Below, piece after piece: positions 18,871 through 33,051 of a stretch of DNA of 64,000 bases. How positions within the stretch are numbered: position 1 is the stretch's first letter; every line of letters begins with the position of its first letter. Source of the DNA: the human T2T-CHM13v2.0 reference genome, Homo sapiens; the NCBI RefSeq assembly GCF_009914755.1, contig NC_060932.1; one strand, given 5' to 3'. Position numbers and translations under genes: made by a program. The notes beneath the pieces are model-generated. The model was not told the DNA's origin. It saw nothing but the letters and a program-made list of their open reading frames with translations, and made no database searches.

Positions 18871-20818
18871 GCAGAGAATACAGATTATTGCTGGATGTAC
18901 TTATCTATTGACAATGAAACGAGTGTATTAGAGAATAGTCAAAATTCTTCCCAGGAAATAGGACGTAACCAAAGATTTGCCCCTTACTTAGCCGAGGCTA
19001 GAACACGGACACTTCTGTATCACTATATCCATTTGTAAATCTATTTCAATACTTGACAATATGTTTTTCAGTTATTTTAAAAAGTACTAACAATCCCTTA
19101 TTACTTATGTCCATCATGGATTCTGGGTATTTTTTTAGTTTTGCCTCATGATCATATGCTCCTATAGGTAATATATAGTTTTCATACAATACACTTGGTG
19201 TAATACACAGATCTTCATCATTTTGTGATTTCACAGAAAATAATCATTAACAATGCCCTGCTCAGTTTAAGCTATGGCATCATATTTGATTTACTCCAGA
19301 GTCAGTCTATACTTAAATTTAATAAAATGGCATTATAATTTTTTAAAAAATATGCTTTAAATATGCAAAATGAGGTAAAATATTAACAATAACACAAAGC
19401 AGTCTATGTTAAGTATTTATATTACTTACAATGCTTTAATAAAAAAAGTTTCAATTAGCTCTTCCAATTTTTTCCACTTTACAAAATCTACTAGTTGGGT
19501 GGTTAATTGAGTTGGTAGAATGAAGACTGAATTAATTTTGTTTATGTCTTGTAAAGATATTTTCTGTTAATAGAAAGACAGTGATCTAGCCAAACTTGTT
19601 GTTGGATTTATTACTCTTTGTTAAACTTTTCTAAGTGTCACCTTTAAAGCATTTGGGATTTCCATCCTAATTCTATGCTTCAGATTAGGAGCATAAAAAT
19701 GTTCTATGAATTTTTCTATCTTCAATTTAATAGATTATGTAGAGTATTCTATTAGCAGAGAAAAAATTTCATGATAACTTTAAGACAAGATTTTCAAAAT
19801 TTGGAGAGGTTCTAAGCTTGATTTTGGGCTCAGTCAGGACAAACTGGAAAATGCTTTCATTGTGCATAACAACTTTTAAAACACAGAAAAGATAAACAAA
19901 TATTTAACAAAACAGTTCCTTAGTTCTATAAAAACTTCTCTTGGCTAAACTCATTGTACGTTATGAAGTTAGAATACTTCCTATGTTGGGAAACCCTGAC
20001 CTCAGGAAGCTATCTCTTCCACATTTGGATAGATCCAAATTGTTAGTTTTTTCATTTTAAATTCTAAATGCAAAAAGCTATTGTTCACCAATCCTAGGTC
20101 CACCTCTAAGACTGCTCCCATTCTTCTTGGCATATTTGACATATTACAAATATACCTATGTGCTCCCTCTCTTATATTCAGGCCACACAACCATAGTTCT
20201 TTCTACTCTCCTTATGTGTTGATTGCTATTCTTCATGATCTTGGTTACCATCATTTAAAAATAGAGGTGGCCCTCATTTGGTGCTATAGGTGGCTGTTCT
20301 TGTAGCTTAATTGGAAATTCTTATGGAATCTTTCATATAATAAATAAATCCCTTACATTATACATGTAAACTCTTATTTACAACTGTGACTGATAACTGA
20401 GTCTATTGGCTCTGGGCCTGTGCATTCAACAACAACAAGAATATGCGATCTTCTGATTCATGAGGTTGAAAGAATTTTAATAACATAGAACAACGAATCC
20501 ACACTCTTCTGAAATGAGCAATGGTTTTGGCAAAAGCATAATTTTTTCTCATAACAGTGAAAGAGTTCTGGAGGCGAAGTATGGAGGACCCCAAAGAGAT
20601 TTTCAATATAGAAAAAGGATGTTGCGATCCCTTCAAGAAGGACACTGGTTGATGTAAATGATATCAACGATTGAGAGAAGCTGCAAGAATTGATAACCCA
20701 TACATGTATTCCTGCCCCCAGCCCTCAATTTAGTATAGTCTGACCTGTGTCCAGAGACAAAACAGGTAATAAATAGGAGATCCAGACTGACAATGTTTAC
20801 CTTAAAATATGGCATGTT

Positions 20819-21102
20819 GGCTGGGCACAGTGGTTCATGCCTGTAATCTCAGCACTTTGGGAGGCAGAGGCAAGTGGATCACGAGGTCAGGAGATTGATA
20901 CCATCCTGGCCAACATGGTGAAACCCCATCTCTACTAAAATATAAAAAATTAGCTGGGCATGGTGGTGCGCACCTGTAGTCCCAACTACTCAGGAGGCTG
21001 AGGCAGGGGAATCACTTGAGACTAGAGGTGGAGATTGCAGTGAGATGAGATCGGGCCACTGTACTTCAGCCTGGGGACAGAGTGAGACTCCATCTCAAAA
21101 AA
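20819..21102 (+). mobile_element. Alu SINE (AluSc-like), first of a tandem pair
   Basis: 'ggatcacgaggtcaggagat...ccatcctggccaacatgg' with a short A6 tail. Confidence 0.93.
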
Positions 21103-21392
21103 GTGGCTCACGCCTGTAATCTCAGCACTTTGGGAGGCTGAGGTGGGCGGATCACGAGGTCAGGAGATCGAGACCATCCTGGCTAACATGGTGAAACCCT
21201 GTCTCTACTGAAAATACAAAAAAATTAGCCAGGGGTGGTGGCGGGCACCTGTAGTCACAGCTACTCAGGAGGCTGAGGCAGGAGAATGGCGTGAACCTAG
21301 GAGGTGGAGCTTGCAGTGAGCCAAGATTGTGCCACTGCACTCCAGCATGGGCGACAGAGCAAAACTCTGTCTCAAAAAAAAAAAAAAAAAAA
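21103..21392 (+). mobile_element. Alu SINE (AluY-like), second of the tandem pair, ~10 nt 5'-truncated
   Basis: 'ggctaaca', 'gagaatggcgtgaacc' and 'ggagcttgcagtg', followed by a poly-A tail. Confidence 0.93.
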
Positions 21393-22130
21393 GGCATGTG
21401 AAATGAAATACAGTACTAAATGCAATCTGAATAGTGTAGAATGACATTGGAATATTATCATTCCTCAAATGAACAATGCACTTGTATTTAATGAGACCTA
21501 AGTTTCCATTCAATACAGTATTTGGTAGTGATTTGTATTCTCATATTGAGTTTGTAATCGCTTAAAACTTATATCATTGTCACTCAAACTTTTGCTAAGC
21601 TAGATCTCTACATGTTACTTGTACAATCAATTGAATCAAATTAGAATATAAGATGTTTTCATTCATTACTTAAAAATTCATCTCTTTAATTTCCTGTTGT
21701 TTCCAAACTAGAGATAATTTTGAACCTTGATTCCATCATCCCACATCATGGCTACCCCTTCTCATTTTGTAATTTTTTTTTGCAAATGTGATAAGCCACA
21801 TTTCCTCAGCAATGTTTAATAGACTGGCACAGAAATAGTATTGGTGTTATGCAATGGGGAACCACTTTTCAGCGCTAATTCCAAACATAAAGTAATTTCT
21901 TCTGCCAGAAAGATTTTAAAACCACCTCCTCCATTGAAACTACAGATAGTGGCAAGCATAATAGAGACAATGGCAAGGACAGAAATCCTGCACTCAGGTT
22001 AGGCAGAGAGATAACTTGCCACACTCTGATAGGAATTCCCATCACCTAGTTAAGTCAGCAGCCAGAGTTTTGCCGAACATATTATAGATAAGAAAGCCTT
22101 TGATGGAAATCTACTGATAAACATGCAGTC

Positions 22131-22185
22131 CTAAGGGATGAGAAGCATGTTTGTAAATTCTAAGGGATGAGAGGCATGTTTGTAA
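22131..22185. repeat. 29-bp-period tandem duplication
   Basis: ctaagggatgaga(a/g)gcatgtttgtaa occurs twice, one mismatch in 26. Confidence 0.9.
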
Positions 22186-23669
22186 GGTCTCAAAACCGAG
22201 TAGTTATGCTTTTCAAGCTAAGAAGTGACATCCTAGTGAAATCAGCTTGAGACAGGTCTTCAGAAACACAGATGTGGCTGGCCAGCAGGTCAGCTGCTCA
22301 GGGGGCACTTGGCCAGGTCAGGAAGACATGGAGACAGCAGGTGGCTCTAGAATCCACTCTGTAAACTTTTAATTTAATGGTATAATGTCTGGAAAAATAT
22401 ACATGGTTCTTATTAAGAGCATGATTTTCAAAAATATATATATTTTTGTTAATAACATTAACTAGGTATTACAACCAAGACTCTGGTTCTCAGATGAGAA
22501 AGAAACAGACAAGCAGCCCCTTCACAGAATATTGTTTTTCCTAAGACGTATTTCTGGCTTAGAGTTTTCTATGTTTCATACTCACTGAGGTCTTAATACT
22601 TCTTAAATAAATAGGCCTGTGCTGGCTTTAGTAAGCACCTCTCTGTGCTAAGTAATCACAAACCATCTGACTAACAGTTTGTTCTAATGTTTAAGATATC
22701 TTTAATCTTGGTAACTAATATCTGGATGCCATTTTCCTCCTTTTTTTTCAATTCAAGGAATATTATCTTTACTACCCTGGTACCTCTTCTCCACATATTC
22801 TCAAAATTTTTGGTAGTTATCTTTAATGTCATCTGAGTTTTTGTAGTACATTGGGATATACTTTTTCTAGACACTTAAGTTTATTTAAAACAAATAGTTA
22901 ATTTCTTGCAGCCTCCTTATGTAATCTCCTTGGTGTTAGTCCATTCCTAAACATTCTTTACATGTTTTTCCATGTTCTTCCTTTCTTTTTCTCTTTTACA
23001 TTGTCCAGTGTTTACCACTGTGCATCATAAGGAAAAGCTTCTCAATAAATACTTAATAGCTTGTCTTGTCACTCACATTACAAAAGCCGCTGTCTTGGAG
23101 ATGTTGGAGAAATGTCAGATATCTTTGGCTTGTCATTTCACCATCTGTTCTTCACTTTAGATTCTTTTTGGAAACTTTGCCTAAGCACATAGATGATTCA
23201 TTTTCTTTTCCATAGTGTTGATGACATTTCCCCAAGTGTTAAACCTCGTGCTTGTGGTTAATCAATTCTTGGATCCTATCATCATTCCAGCCTGATGATT
23301 CTTGCTATAGAATCCATGTGTCTTTGATTGAGGCTATAGATTGTGGTCCTCAGATCATTTCCAAGACTTCTGACATTGGCTCACTCACAACTGGGAATTA
23401 AAATTTGCCAGTTTTTCTGCTGAAGTGAGAGGGTCTTCTTAATCAGAGAATGTGCCTTTTATCTTTCATTGAGCTAACCAACTGTTGTCAGGACCTCTTT
23501 AATAGTTAACTCCTTTTCAGGGATTTATGAGACTTTTGAGCAAAGTAGGCTAATGTTATGCTGAACACTCATAAGGCCAAAATTCCCAACAAGCTTTCAT
23601 CAACAAGTCATTCATTCCGAAAATTCTGATGAATGGAAAACTCCAGAGAACATTCAACACTGTCTCTAT

Positions 23670-23830
23670 GAAATCATTTAATGCTGAAGTTGGAAAGGAA
23701 TTTAGTAATAATTTAGCACATCCTCTTCATTTTACTTATGGGAGAAAGTGAGACCCAGAAGAATAAGTGATATGCCCAAAGTAGTTCTATAAGTTGTCAA
23801 ATGACAACTAGAAGTCAACATTTCTGACAA
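23670..23830 (-). mobile_element. MIR/MIR3 relic
   Basis: 'ttggaaagga...cctcttcattttac...gaaagtgagacccaga...aagtgatatgcccaa'. Confidence 0.65.
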
Positions 23831-25642
23831 CAATCCTAGGGCAGGGCCCCTTTGGTGGAGCCCTACCATCCATTTTGGCTTTTCTCAAAAACATAGCTTT
23901 CAAGAGTTGAAGAAATGGCAGAATAAAGTAGCGTAGAGCTAATGAATGGGTTCTGGCTGCAATGTGAACTTTCGTAAGTGAAAAACCTTATGGGCTCAGC
24001 AAAGGAAATGTTGCATATTTAACAAAAGTGGTCAGAGGTTTGGTGGGGTTTGCTGGAAATGATGATTGATGTGGTGACTATGATGGGAACGAAAGGTGAG
24101 GAAAATGGTGATGCTAATAGAGGCAGAATGTGACAGAGTTCTGAGTGATTAGGGTAGAAGTTAGCAAATTTACTCTCTCATCAATAACAGAGTGTACCTT
24201 CATCTTCCAAATGTGATGAGTTTATAGCCAAAGGGTAGCAAAGAATTTGTTGTTTCTAAAAACATCTTCTGTGAAAATATCTGCATTTCTTAAAGGAAGA
24301 CTAATTGTAGATAGCATCTCTTGGTCACAGATTTAATCAAATACAGTTTCCTGAATTGGTGCTGTCCATATTTGTATGTTTCTACTTGGCAGGTGTATGT
24401 GAGGACAATGGTACTTTTTGCGGCAATGTAATTACCAGTAGAATAAATTTTTTTGGACTTGCTGCATTGGCTGTGTTCCTCAAAGCTCATCTTGTGAAGT
24501 AGTGACGGGACTGATATTGAATTGTGTGATATTGAATCATTTCAGATTGGCTTTGTTTTCATACATATTTGCTGGATTGTACACCCGTTTCAATCTATGT
24601 CAGTTGTCACACCTGCTACTATTTTATTATTTCTCCAACAACTAAGAAATTTGTCCTCCTGTTTCGTACACCTTCCACTGCACGAACACACAGCCTCTGG
24701 TAGAGCAGCATGCAGCAACTTTCAGAAGTTTAATTCTTCCTTGAACATGCATAACAAGTCAGCAGCTTTCAAAGACAGTGCTTTGAAAAAAAAAGAGATT
24801 ACTTTTAATGAAAAGAACTCCACGTTTACCATCTATTACAAAATTCAGGCACATAGAGCTTGGAGCAAAAAGACAGGACAGAATAAACCAGCATTGTGTG
24901 GAATCATAAAAATGTTAGGAGTACAAAAGACACAAAAGATGCTATATTGAAGAAGGATATAAGGTCACAGAGGAGAAAAAAAGTGAACTACAGTGATAAG
25001 AGGAGGTGAAACATAATTGTCTGTGTACCTGAGGGTAGGCACCACAGAGGCCTACAACTCAGAATTGCTAACAATCGTCTCTTGAAGAGGACCACTAACA
25101 CTTCAGAGTTTCTAGCACTGGAAGTCAGAAAATCAGAGAAATGTAAAGGAAGTAAATTTGTACTGCTGAATATCTTCTGAATAATTATACGTGCTGTGTT
25201 ACAAAAAGAACCATATCTTAACTTGGAAAATATATGGTTTGGGAATGAAATGAACAATTCAGGTAGAGAATATATTTTAAAAAATTGTTGCAAAAGGATA
25301 ACAAAAATATTATTATCTCTTTATTCTGGTGGTTACGTCTGGCTTTTCCTTGTCCCATTTATATAGCAAAGACTACTTTCCTCCTTTTTGGAATTAATCA
25401 ATCCATGATAAGTACTTTATTTGTTGAATTTTGTGTGTATTCTGTGGGAGCCATTTTACAACTGTGGTGCTACATAGTTAGATGAACTCAGCCTCCTAAT
25501 ACTGGGAGTAGGTTTTCATCTTGTTTGTTGGTTTGTTTGTTTGCCCCAGTGATTTGAACTAATCCTTCTATAGACAGTTGAGGGTTGATACAATGTAAAG
25601 CCATACATGTAAGTTGGGGTACAACTGTAACCAAACCCTTAA

Positions 25643-26024
<382 letters not shown>

Positions 26025-26963
26025 TAGGGTAGGCTTTCTTGTGGGTAATATTTGACAGAACTTCATACTCTAGTAGTGTTTGCATCTTTCTCCCTACTTG
26101 TACCTGCCTATCATTCTGTGACAGTATATTTTTAAAACTCCTCTCCCAGCCAAATTTTAACTATGCATTCATCTCAGATCTTCACAGAATCTCTTGTGTT
26201 GGGCTATGCATCCATGCTTTCTCTCTGCCTTCCTAGGTGGCTGAAAGGAGAAATTCATAGCTCTTTTACAAAACAAAACTGCAGTTGCAGAACCTACTTA
26301 GGGGCTGCTCAACACATGGTAAATTCCCACATGAATTTAATGTGAAGAAAAACTGTGGCTGCGTAGATTAACTTGCCTGCTCCCTGTTGTGGAAAAAGAA
26401 GTGTGTAACCAGACACATTTTATTTTCTACTTCTCTTGACAAAAATCATAGTGATTAATGTCTTACCGGAATGTTACAATCTGCTCAATTCATTTGCCTG
26501 AAAAACACCTATTCCTCTGCTTTCTTCAGATGGTATCTCTTCTAGTTTATCTTTAAATATATGTTCATGAGGAAGTGGGGGTAATTATGTGATTATGTGC
26601 TGTCAAGTTCAAGTTCGATTCCATTTTGCTACCATGAGTAGAGGATTCCTGGACAAACTCTTCTCTTGTGTGGGGATTGTGTGCACCTCTTGCATTGATC
26701 AGGGTTTGCTAACTATTCCTCTTTTCTTGCAGTATCATTTTTTTTTTCTTTCAGATGAACTTTTGCATCAGCAAACACTTATGCTCTAACATTTCCTTTA
26801 TTTAAAAAGAATAAAACACTTTTATTTCACCCATTCCCTTCCACCTCATCTTTCTATCTCTTCATAGAAAACTCCTTTACTTCACATTCTTTTCTGGGTC
26901 TGCTCCGACAGGGCGTCTTTCCTCACCACCCTACTCAGACTGCTTTGGTCAAGGGCCTGCTCA

Positions 26964-27066
26964 CCCCTCCTTCCCTCTTTCCTTCCCTTCCCTCCTCCCG
27001 TCCTTTCTTTTTTCCTCCCTCCTTTCCTTTTTCCTTCCTTCCTTCTTTCCTTCCTTTCTTTCTTTC
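26964..27066. repeat. Polypyrimidine (CT-rich) tract
   Basis: About 100 nt of C/T with a single G at 27000. Confidence 0.9.
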
Positions 27067-27189
27067 ATCATGACAATCCTGCATATATTTTGTTAGATTT
27101 ATTTCTACATATCAATTTATATCCAAAGTATGTTCTTTATATTCCCCTCATCTCATGCACAGTTAGAACAGAGGTAGCTTAATGCTGTT

Positions 27190-27430
27190 ATGTAATTAAA
27201 AGCAGAGATACTGAAATCGGCCCAAGGTAAACATACTGGTTTTAACTCTTTAACCTTGGGCAGTTACTCATCCCCTTCAAACCTCAATAATTTCAGATGT
27301 CAAATTGGAATAATAGCACATATCTCAGAGGGTCATTATAAGTACTAAATGAGATAAAGTATATGAAGAGCTCAGTACAGTAACTGTTATATAATAAATA
27401 TTCAACAAATAATTTTTGTTAGTATCATTG
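27190..27430 (+). mobile_element. MIR SINE
   Basis: 'accttgggcagttactca...aaatgagataaagtatatgaagagctcagtacagt'. Confidence 0.75.
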
Positions 27431-27484
27431 TTATTATTACAAATATATCCTCTGGTTGTGCCTTTTAGATTCTAGTGGTTTGAG

Positions 27485-27620
27485 AGCTGTTATTATATCC
27501 ATTTTATAAGTAAGGAAATTGAAAGTTCATGAGATATTAAATAACCTGCCCATTATTACCCAAGTAGGAAGTGCAAATTGAACCCTATTTATTTCCATAT
27601 CTGAGACTTTGGCTGTGATA
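27485..27620 (-). mobile_element. MIR relic
   Basis: 'ccattttataagtaaggaaattga...ttaaataacctgccc'. Confidence 0.6.
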
Positions 27621-28357
27621 TGTGAATTTTAAATTTTTCTCTTAAGAAAAATGAATGGCCTATATTTTGCTAGTAAAAGTAAGGTGCAATCAATTATGGA
27701 ACTTGTATTATCAGAGTGGAGAAAACATGCATGCTCCTTCAGTGACACATAGCTCTTCCTTATACTGAATAATGTAAAGAAAGAAATTTCTCATGATGGG
27801 CTTTAGTGAATACAAAGTTTTTCAGTAGGCACTGTTGTCAACAACATCCTTTCAGGAAGTATAATAATGGATTTCATACGACCATTCCTATATTATACTT
27901 AATACATACATATTATACATAATACATAATACAATATTCAAATACACTTCAGTTAAGTAAAATCTGAAAAGGAATACACTAATATAGTTTAGCTTGAACC
28001 CCTAATGGCCAACAAAGTTATACAATATGTGGAATAATCGTGTGATTTAATAGTTTGGCAGAAGCAAGGAAAGTGAGTGCATTTTGTGTACAGACAACTC
28101 ATCTACTTTTGCTCTCATGGAAGTATTTTCCTTCCTAATTCATCTTCCATTGTTTCTTACATTAGATTCCCTTTCTCTTTCAGCTCTCCTTAGTTCTAGT
28201 AATAGAGTCATTTCCTTATAATTATCTGGAATTATGGAATTCCTTTAAACGGGCAAAATGGAGGTTTTCTTTGGAGGATGAACTCAGTCTGTTTTAGGCT
28301 CTTTAATTTTGTGCCCTTTTGCTCCACTTAGTTTATCCCTTTCTCTTTTAGTTGCTA

Positions 28358-28615
<258 letters not shown>

Positions 28616-30903
28616 TTATGGGTCTGATTTTTCTTAAATGATAGGATTTAAGGTTTCTTGACTAGGAGATCAGGTACACATTCTTCAAATAATTTTTTCT
28701 AAATTGTAATTCTGTTAGGCTTTGAAGGAAGTTGGACTGAACTGATCGAATAGTCAGAATGAAGAAACCCTTTAAGAACAGAGTTCATCATGATGGAGCA
28801 ATCAAAGCGGGAACAGAAATTTAGGAGCTATGTTTAAAGTTATGAGTTATGGAAAAGATATTAGGTTATAAATTGTTAATATGTAAACCTTCCAAATATC
28901 CCTCAATCTGCTTTTGGACTTTGTTTCTGCATATTAAGATGAGGCTCCTTGAAGTAAAAATAAAGATATCTCGTTAATTTAACTATTGTTTATAAAGTAG
29001 TCTTAGACTAGATCGAATTTTTTCCCTAATAAACATTTTCATAAGGGCTCACTGTTTTCTGATATGGTCTTGCTGTGAAATTGTTTCATGAATCGTTTTT
29101 TTGAGCCAGATTATAAACAGAATCTATTTCCTGTGAAAAAAGTGGCTAGGAGAACTCTTCTCAAGCCAGTATTCCAGTTAAACGCTCCAAATTACCATTT
29201 AATTGCTCTGCCCTGATGTAACTAGCTTATGCATCCTCCAGGTTCCAAGACAGAAGGAAATAGTGCAGATAACTGTAAATTATCCAGTGGGTTTTGAGCC
29301 ATTTATATAGCTAATCAAATATTGGACATGTTTAGCATTTACCCAGATATACCTGAATTGACAAAACCCACATCCTCAGAATAGCATATTTTTTCTTATT
29401 AAGCAGCATATGTAGTGATTAATAAATCTAAATTATGAAGTCAAAATATTAATTGCTACTGTACTTGGATGCTTCTAATATAATTTTGTTTTATTCCATT
29501 TATTTTGCATACCTTAATGTATTTCATAAAGAAAACACACTGGTGTAATCAATTTATTAAAGAAATAATGTATACAGAACAAAGTGGAGACAATTGGTTG
29601 TGGATTACTGGTAGCCAAATTATTATTTGAATATTGAAAGGACTATACCTTAAAAATAATAGCTTTAATAATTTAGGACATATTCAAAATTACTTTAGGT
29701 GCCTTATCCAGATTTGGAAAAGTGACTTATTAAATAACAATATAACTATATAGCTTGAATGAAATAAAAAAAGACTTTTGAATTATAATACGCCACTCAT
29801 GCAGAATAATTCATGCATAATACAGAATTCCAGTTGGGGACTGATTTAATAGTGATGTTAATGAAGTGCCAAGAAGAGAGTGAGTAACAGGGTGAAATTC
29901 CTTTATAGCAATTTCCAGGAGAGGGATTTTTTTTTTTTTTTTTTTGGTAATAGAACTTCTTAGAAATTTCAATTGGAGCAATTTCATTTGGGTTGGGAGG
30001 GATTGATTGAGAAGACAGAGAGGAAAAGATGAGGAGAAAAAAGGGCAAATAAGGGGGAAAACTGATTATCTTTCTTCTATGTAAGATTAAAATTTGCTCA
30101 AGTAGTATAAAATGAAATTGACTAAATGTAAGTATGAAATGAACCTGCCTCATACATTTTCCAAGCTGAACAAATTCTAACAATAGAAACAATAAAGAGT
30201 AAAGATATTTTGTAAATTTATCCAGTTTTAAATATCTTGTGCTCCTTTGATATATTCTTTAAAAAAGATTACTATCTCCAATGCAACAACTTTGACATGT
30301 CATACAATTTAAACCATAAGTAAAATAAAAATGCATTTTGTCACTGTAGTTGAAAATACCATTTTCCAGAAGAATTATAACAAGAAAACATCATTGTAAT
30401 GGATTGAACTCATTCAGTGGAAGGAGATGTTTTAATTTTGTTACCATCTTTATTTCAGAAAGCAGTCTGTAAAGTTAAACATATGTGATGTCTCACCTCT
30501 TCTGGAGACAACACTGACTTATTTGATAAAGTTGCCTGCTTGTTCCAACTGTGCACTACTTCCCAAATTTGCTAACTATAGAGCATTTAAAGAACAGAAA
30601 AACTCCCAAAGCAGAAGGCCGGATAGTTTAATAAGGCATAATTTTTATATATTTCAGAAAATGTGAAGCTTACTACTAAAATTATGGCCTCTGAAAGATT
30701 TGAAACATTTGAAAATGGTATAGGGATTACCTTTCACCCTCTTATTCCAGCTTAATCCAATCGGGAACACATTTTTTATCTTCTGTCATTTGTTTGGGAT
30801 TTTCCTTGTTGTGCCCATCTGAGGATATTAGGTAGTCAACTTTCCCCAAAACTATAAAGAACATTTTGAATTCATTTTCTGGAAATAAAAATGCTGCTTC
30901 TGT

Positions 30904-31193
30904 GGTGGGTGTGATGCCTCATGCCTGTAACTTCTGAACTTTGGGAGGCTGAGGAGAGTGGATCCCTTGAGCCCGGGAATTTGAGATCATCCTGGGCAAC
31001 ATGGCAAAACCCTGTCTCTACAAAAAATACAAAAATTTGCCAGGCATAGTGACATGAGCCTGTAGTTCCAGCTACTCTGGAGGTTGAGGCAGGAGGATGG
31101 CTTGAGCCCAGGAGGTCGAGGCTGCAGTGAGCCGTGATCATCCCACTGTACGTCAGCCTGGGTAACAGCGCAAGACCCTGTCTCAAAAAATAA
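30904..31193 (+). mobile_element. Alu SINE (AluJ)
   Basis: J-type 'cttgagcccaggaggtcgaggctgcagtg'. 21-bp direct repeat aaataaaaatgctgcttctgt at 30883-30903 and 31194-31214. Confidence 0.95.
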
Positions 31194-31789
31194 AAATAAA
31201 AATGCTGCTTCTGTTTCTACAAAATTTTGTCTTGGTTGCTCCATTCACATACCCTTTTATTTCTGCCATATTAATATGTATAAGTTATCACTAATAAGGC
31301 TTCTCTGGTATGAAGTTTCAACAGCTCTATCCTGCCTATTGAATGAAGTTTAGACACATTGGGCAAACTATGTCCTTCAAAATCTGTTTCTTTACTCCTG
31401 TTTGATACTAATTTTCTACCTAGAAGTGCTACTTTGGCCAGGCTGATTTGTTCCTCATGTTTAAGAAACACAAAGCAAAGCTAGAACCAAAACCCAACCC
31501 CTTTTCATTTCTTGCCTTACTCATGTTGGCTGTACAAACTCTTCTGTGGAATTTGTCGTCTATGGAACATCTACTTGGTTCTCCAGATCTACAGAAAATG
31601 CTGTTGTTTCTGTTAAGCTTTTCCTAACTTCCCACAATCACTTTGTTTTCTGAACTCTTACAGCAATATTTTACTCTCTCAAATTGGAGAAATCAATAAG
31701 ATACATTTCTGTCTAAACTTGTAATAATCATGCGTGGGCCTGAAATCTTGTGTGGATCTGAGCTTTTAGTTGTGGTCAGGAAAAGGGTA

Positions 31790-31940
31790 GACTCAGTTAA
31801 GCTAAGCTGCCTGGGATCAAATATCGAATCTGGAAATTTTTAGCTGTATGACTTTGAGCAAGTTACCTAAACACTCTGAGGTCCAGTTTCCCCATTTCCC
31901 AAAATGAGATATTAATTGTTCCAACTTGAAAGAGTTGGTA
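31790..31940 (+). mobile_element. MIR SINE
   Basis: 'tagctgtatgactttgagcaagttacctaaacactctgag...cagtttcccc'. Confidence 0.75.
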
Positions 31941-32189
31941 TGTCCAAAGCATATACGTACCTCGCATGTAGTTTATCTTACAGCATTTTAAACTATTAGT
32001 GTTGAGCTCCCAGTGGCAAGGGCAATACATTATTTATTCTTGTGTGTAAACAATATTGTCTCCAATAATATTTACTGACTAAATGTATGAGTCCTAAATT
32101 CCGAAAAAAATTGTTTGGGGTTGAATTTTCTATGATGAGTCTTCTTTCCTGTAAAGCTGCCAATACTTAAAATTACTTGATTGGTTTAT

Positions 32190-33040
32190 GCTTATTTAGT
32201 CATCCATGAAATATTGATTGAGCACTTGTTTTATGCAAAATACAGAGATAGAACTAGTGAGGGACAAAAATACATACCCTTTGGCCTCATAATATAAAAT
32301 CTTGGTTGATACTGAGTCATGCCATGAAAGCAGAATGTGTAGCATTATGCAAAGAATATGTGATTTTAACTCTGAAAGACCTGAATTTCAGTCTTAATTC
32401 TGCAACGTCCAAGCTATGATCTAGAACATTATTTAAGCACTATGATTTCTCCAAATAAAAAACAGTAACCCCAATAATATCATATCATGGTTTGTAATGC
32501 TGACAAAAATGAGGTCATATGCTTTAAGAAAAAGTGTAGCATATTAGTTGGGACATAGTAGCCACTCAAAAAAATACTAGTTTTCTTCTGCTAATTAAAC
32601 AAAAATATATATTTTTAAATAGTAATTTTAGATAAATATTAAAAGGTTAACTGGATATTAAGACAAATTATCAAGGCATAAAGCATATACAGAGCATTTA
32701 CCTACATGTTCATTAAAAAAAAATGATTGATTTCTATTAAGTACAAGATAATACAGTGTACACTATGAAAAAGTATAAAAATAAATAAGATTTAGCTCCT
32801 ACCTCTAAATAGCATATAACATAATGGGTAAGCTGAATATGCTGAGAAATAATCATGGTGAATACTATAATTGTGTATTTAAAGAAATTCAAATGACAAG
32901 TTTTGAGGTTTCTAAAGAGTGAGAGCACATTTCTGCCTTGAAAATTTTGAAGGCTTTATGGAGTATGGTGCCAGCTGAGCTTAAAAGCCAGAAAGGATTT
33001 TGACAGGTCAGGATTTAAGTTGTATATTCCAGTTAAAAAA
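32190..33040. mobile_element. Interleaved antisense L2 relics and a sense MIR (~32335-32580)
   Basis: 'aatattgattgagcacttg', 'gacctgaatttcagtc', 'agcatattagttgggacatagtagccactcaa' and 'gctgagcttaaaag..agaaaggattt'. Confidence 0.55.
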
Positions 33041-33051
33041 ATAGAGAATAA

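Noticed and set aside
22280-22312. CTCF-like half matches (ccagcaggt and agggggcac)
   Set aside because: The two halves are not in register as a single motif.
24767-24788. Hairpin containing CAGTG, resembling an iron-responsive element
   Set aside because: In the IRE register (C-N5-CAGUGN-N5) only 3 of 5 upper-stem pairs form, and there is no mRNA context.
24522-24950. 142-aa ORF on the + strand
   Set aside because: TTG start, runs through an A-tract and has no recognisable homology.
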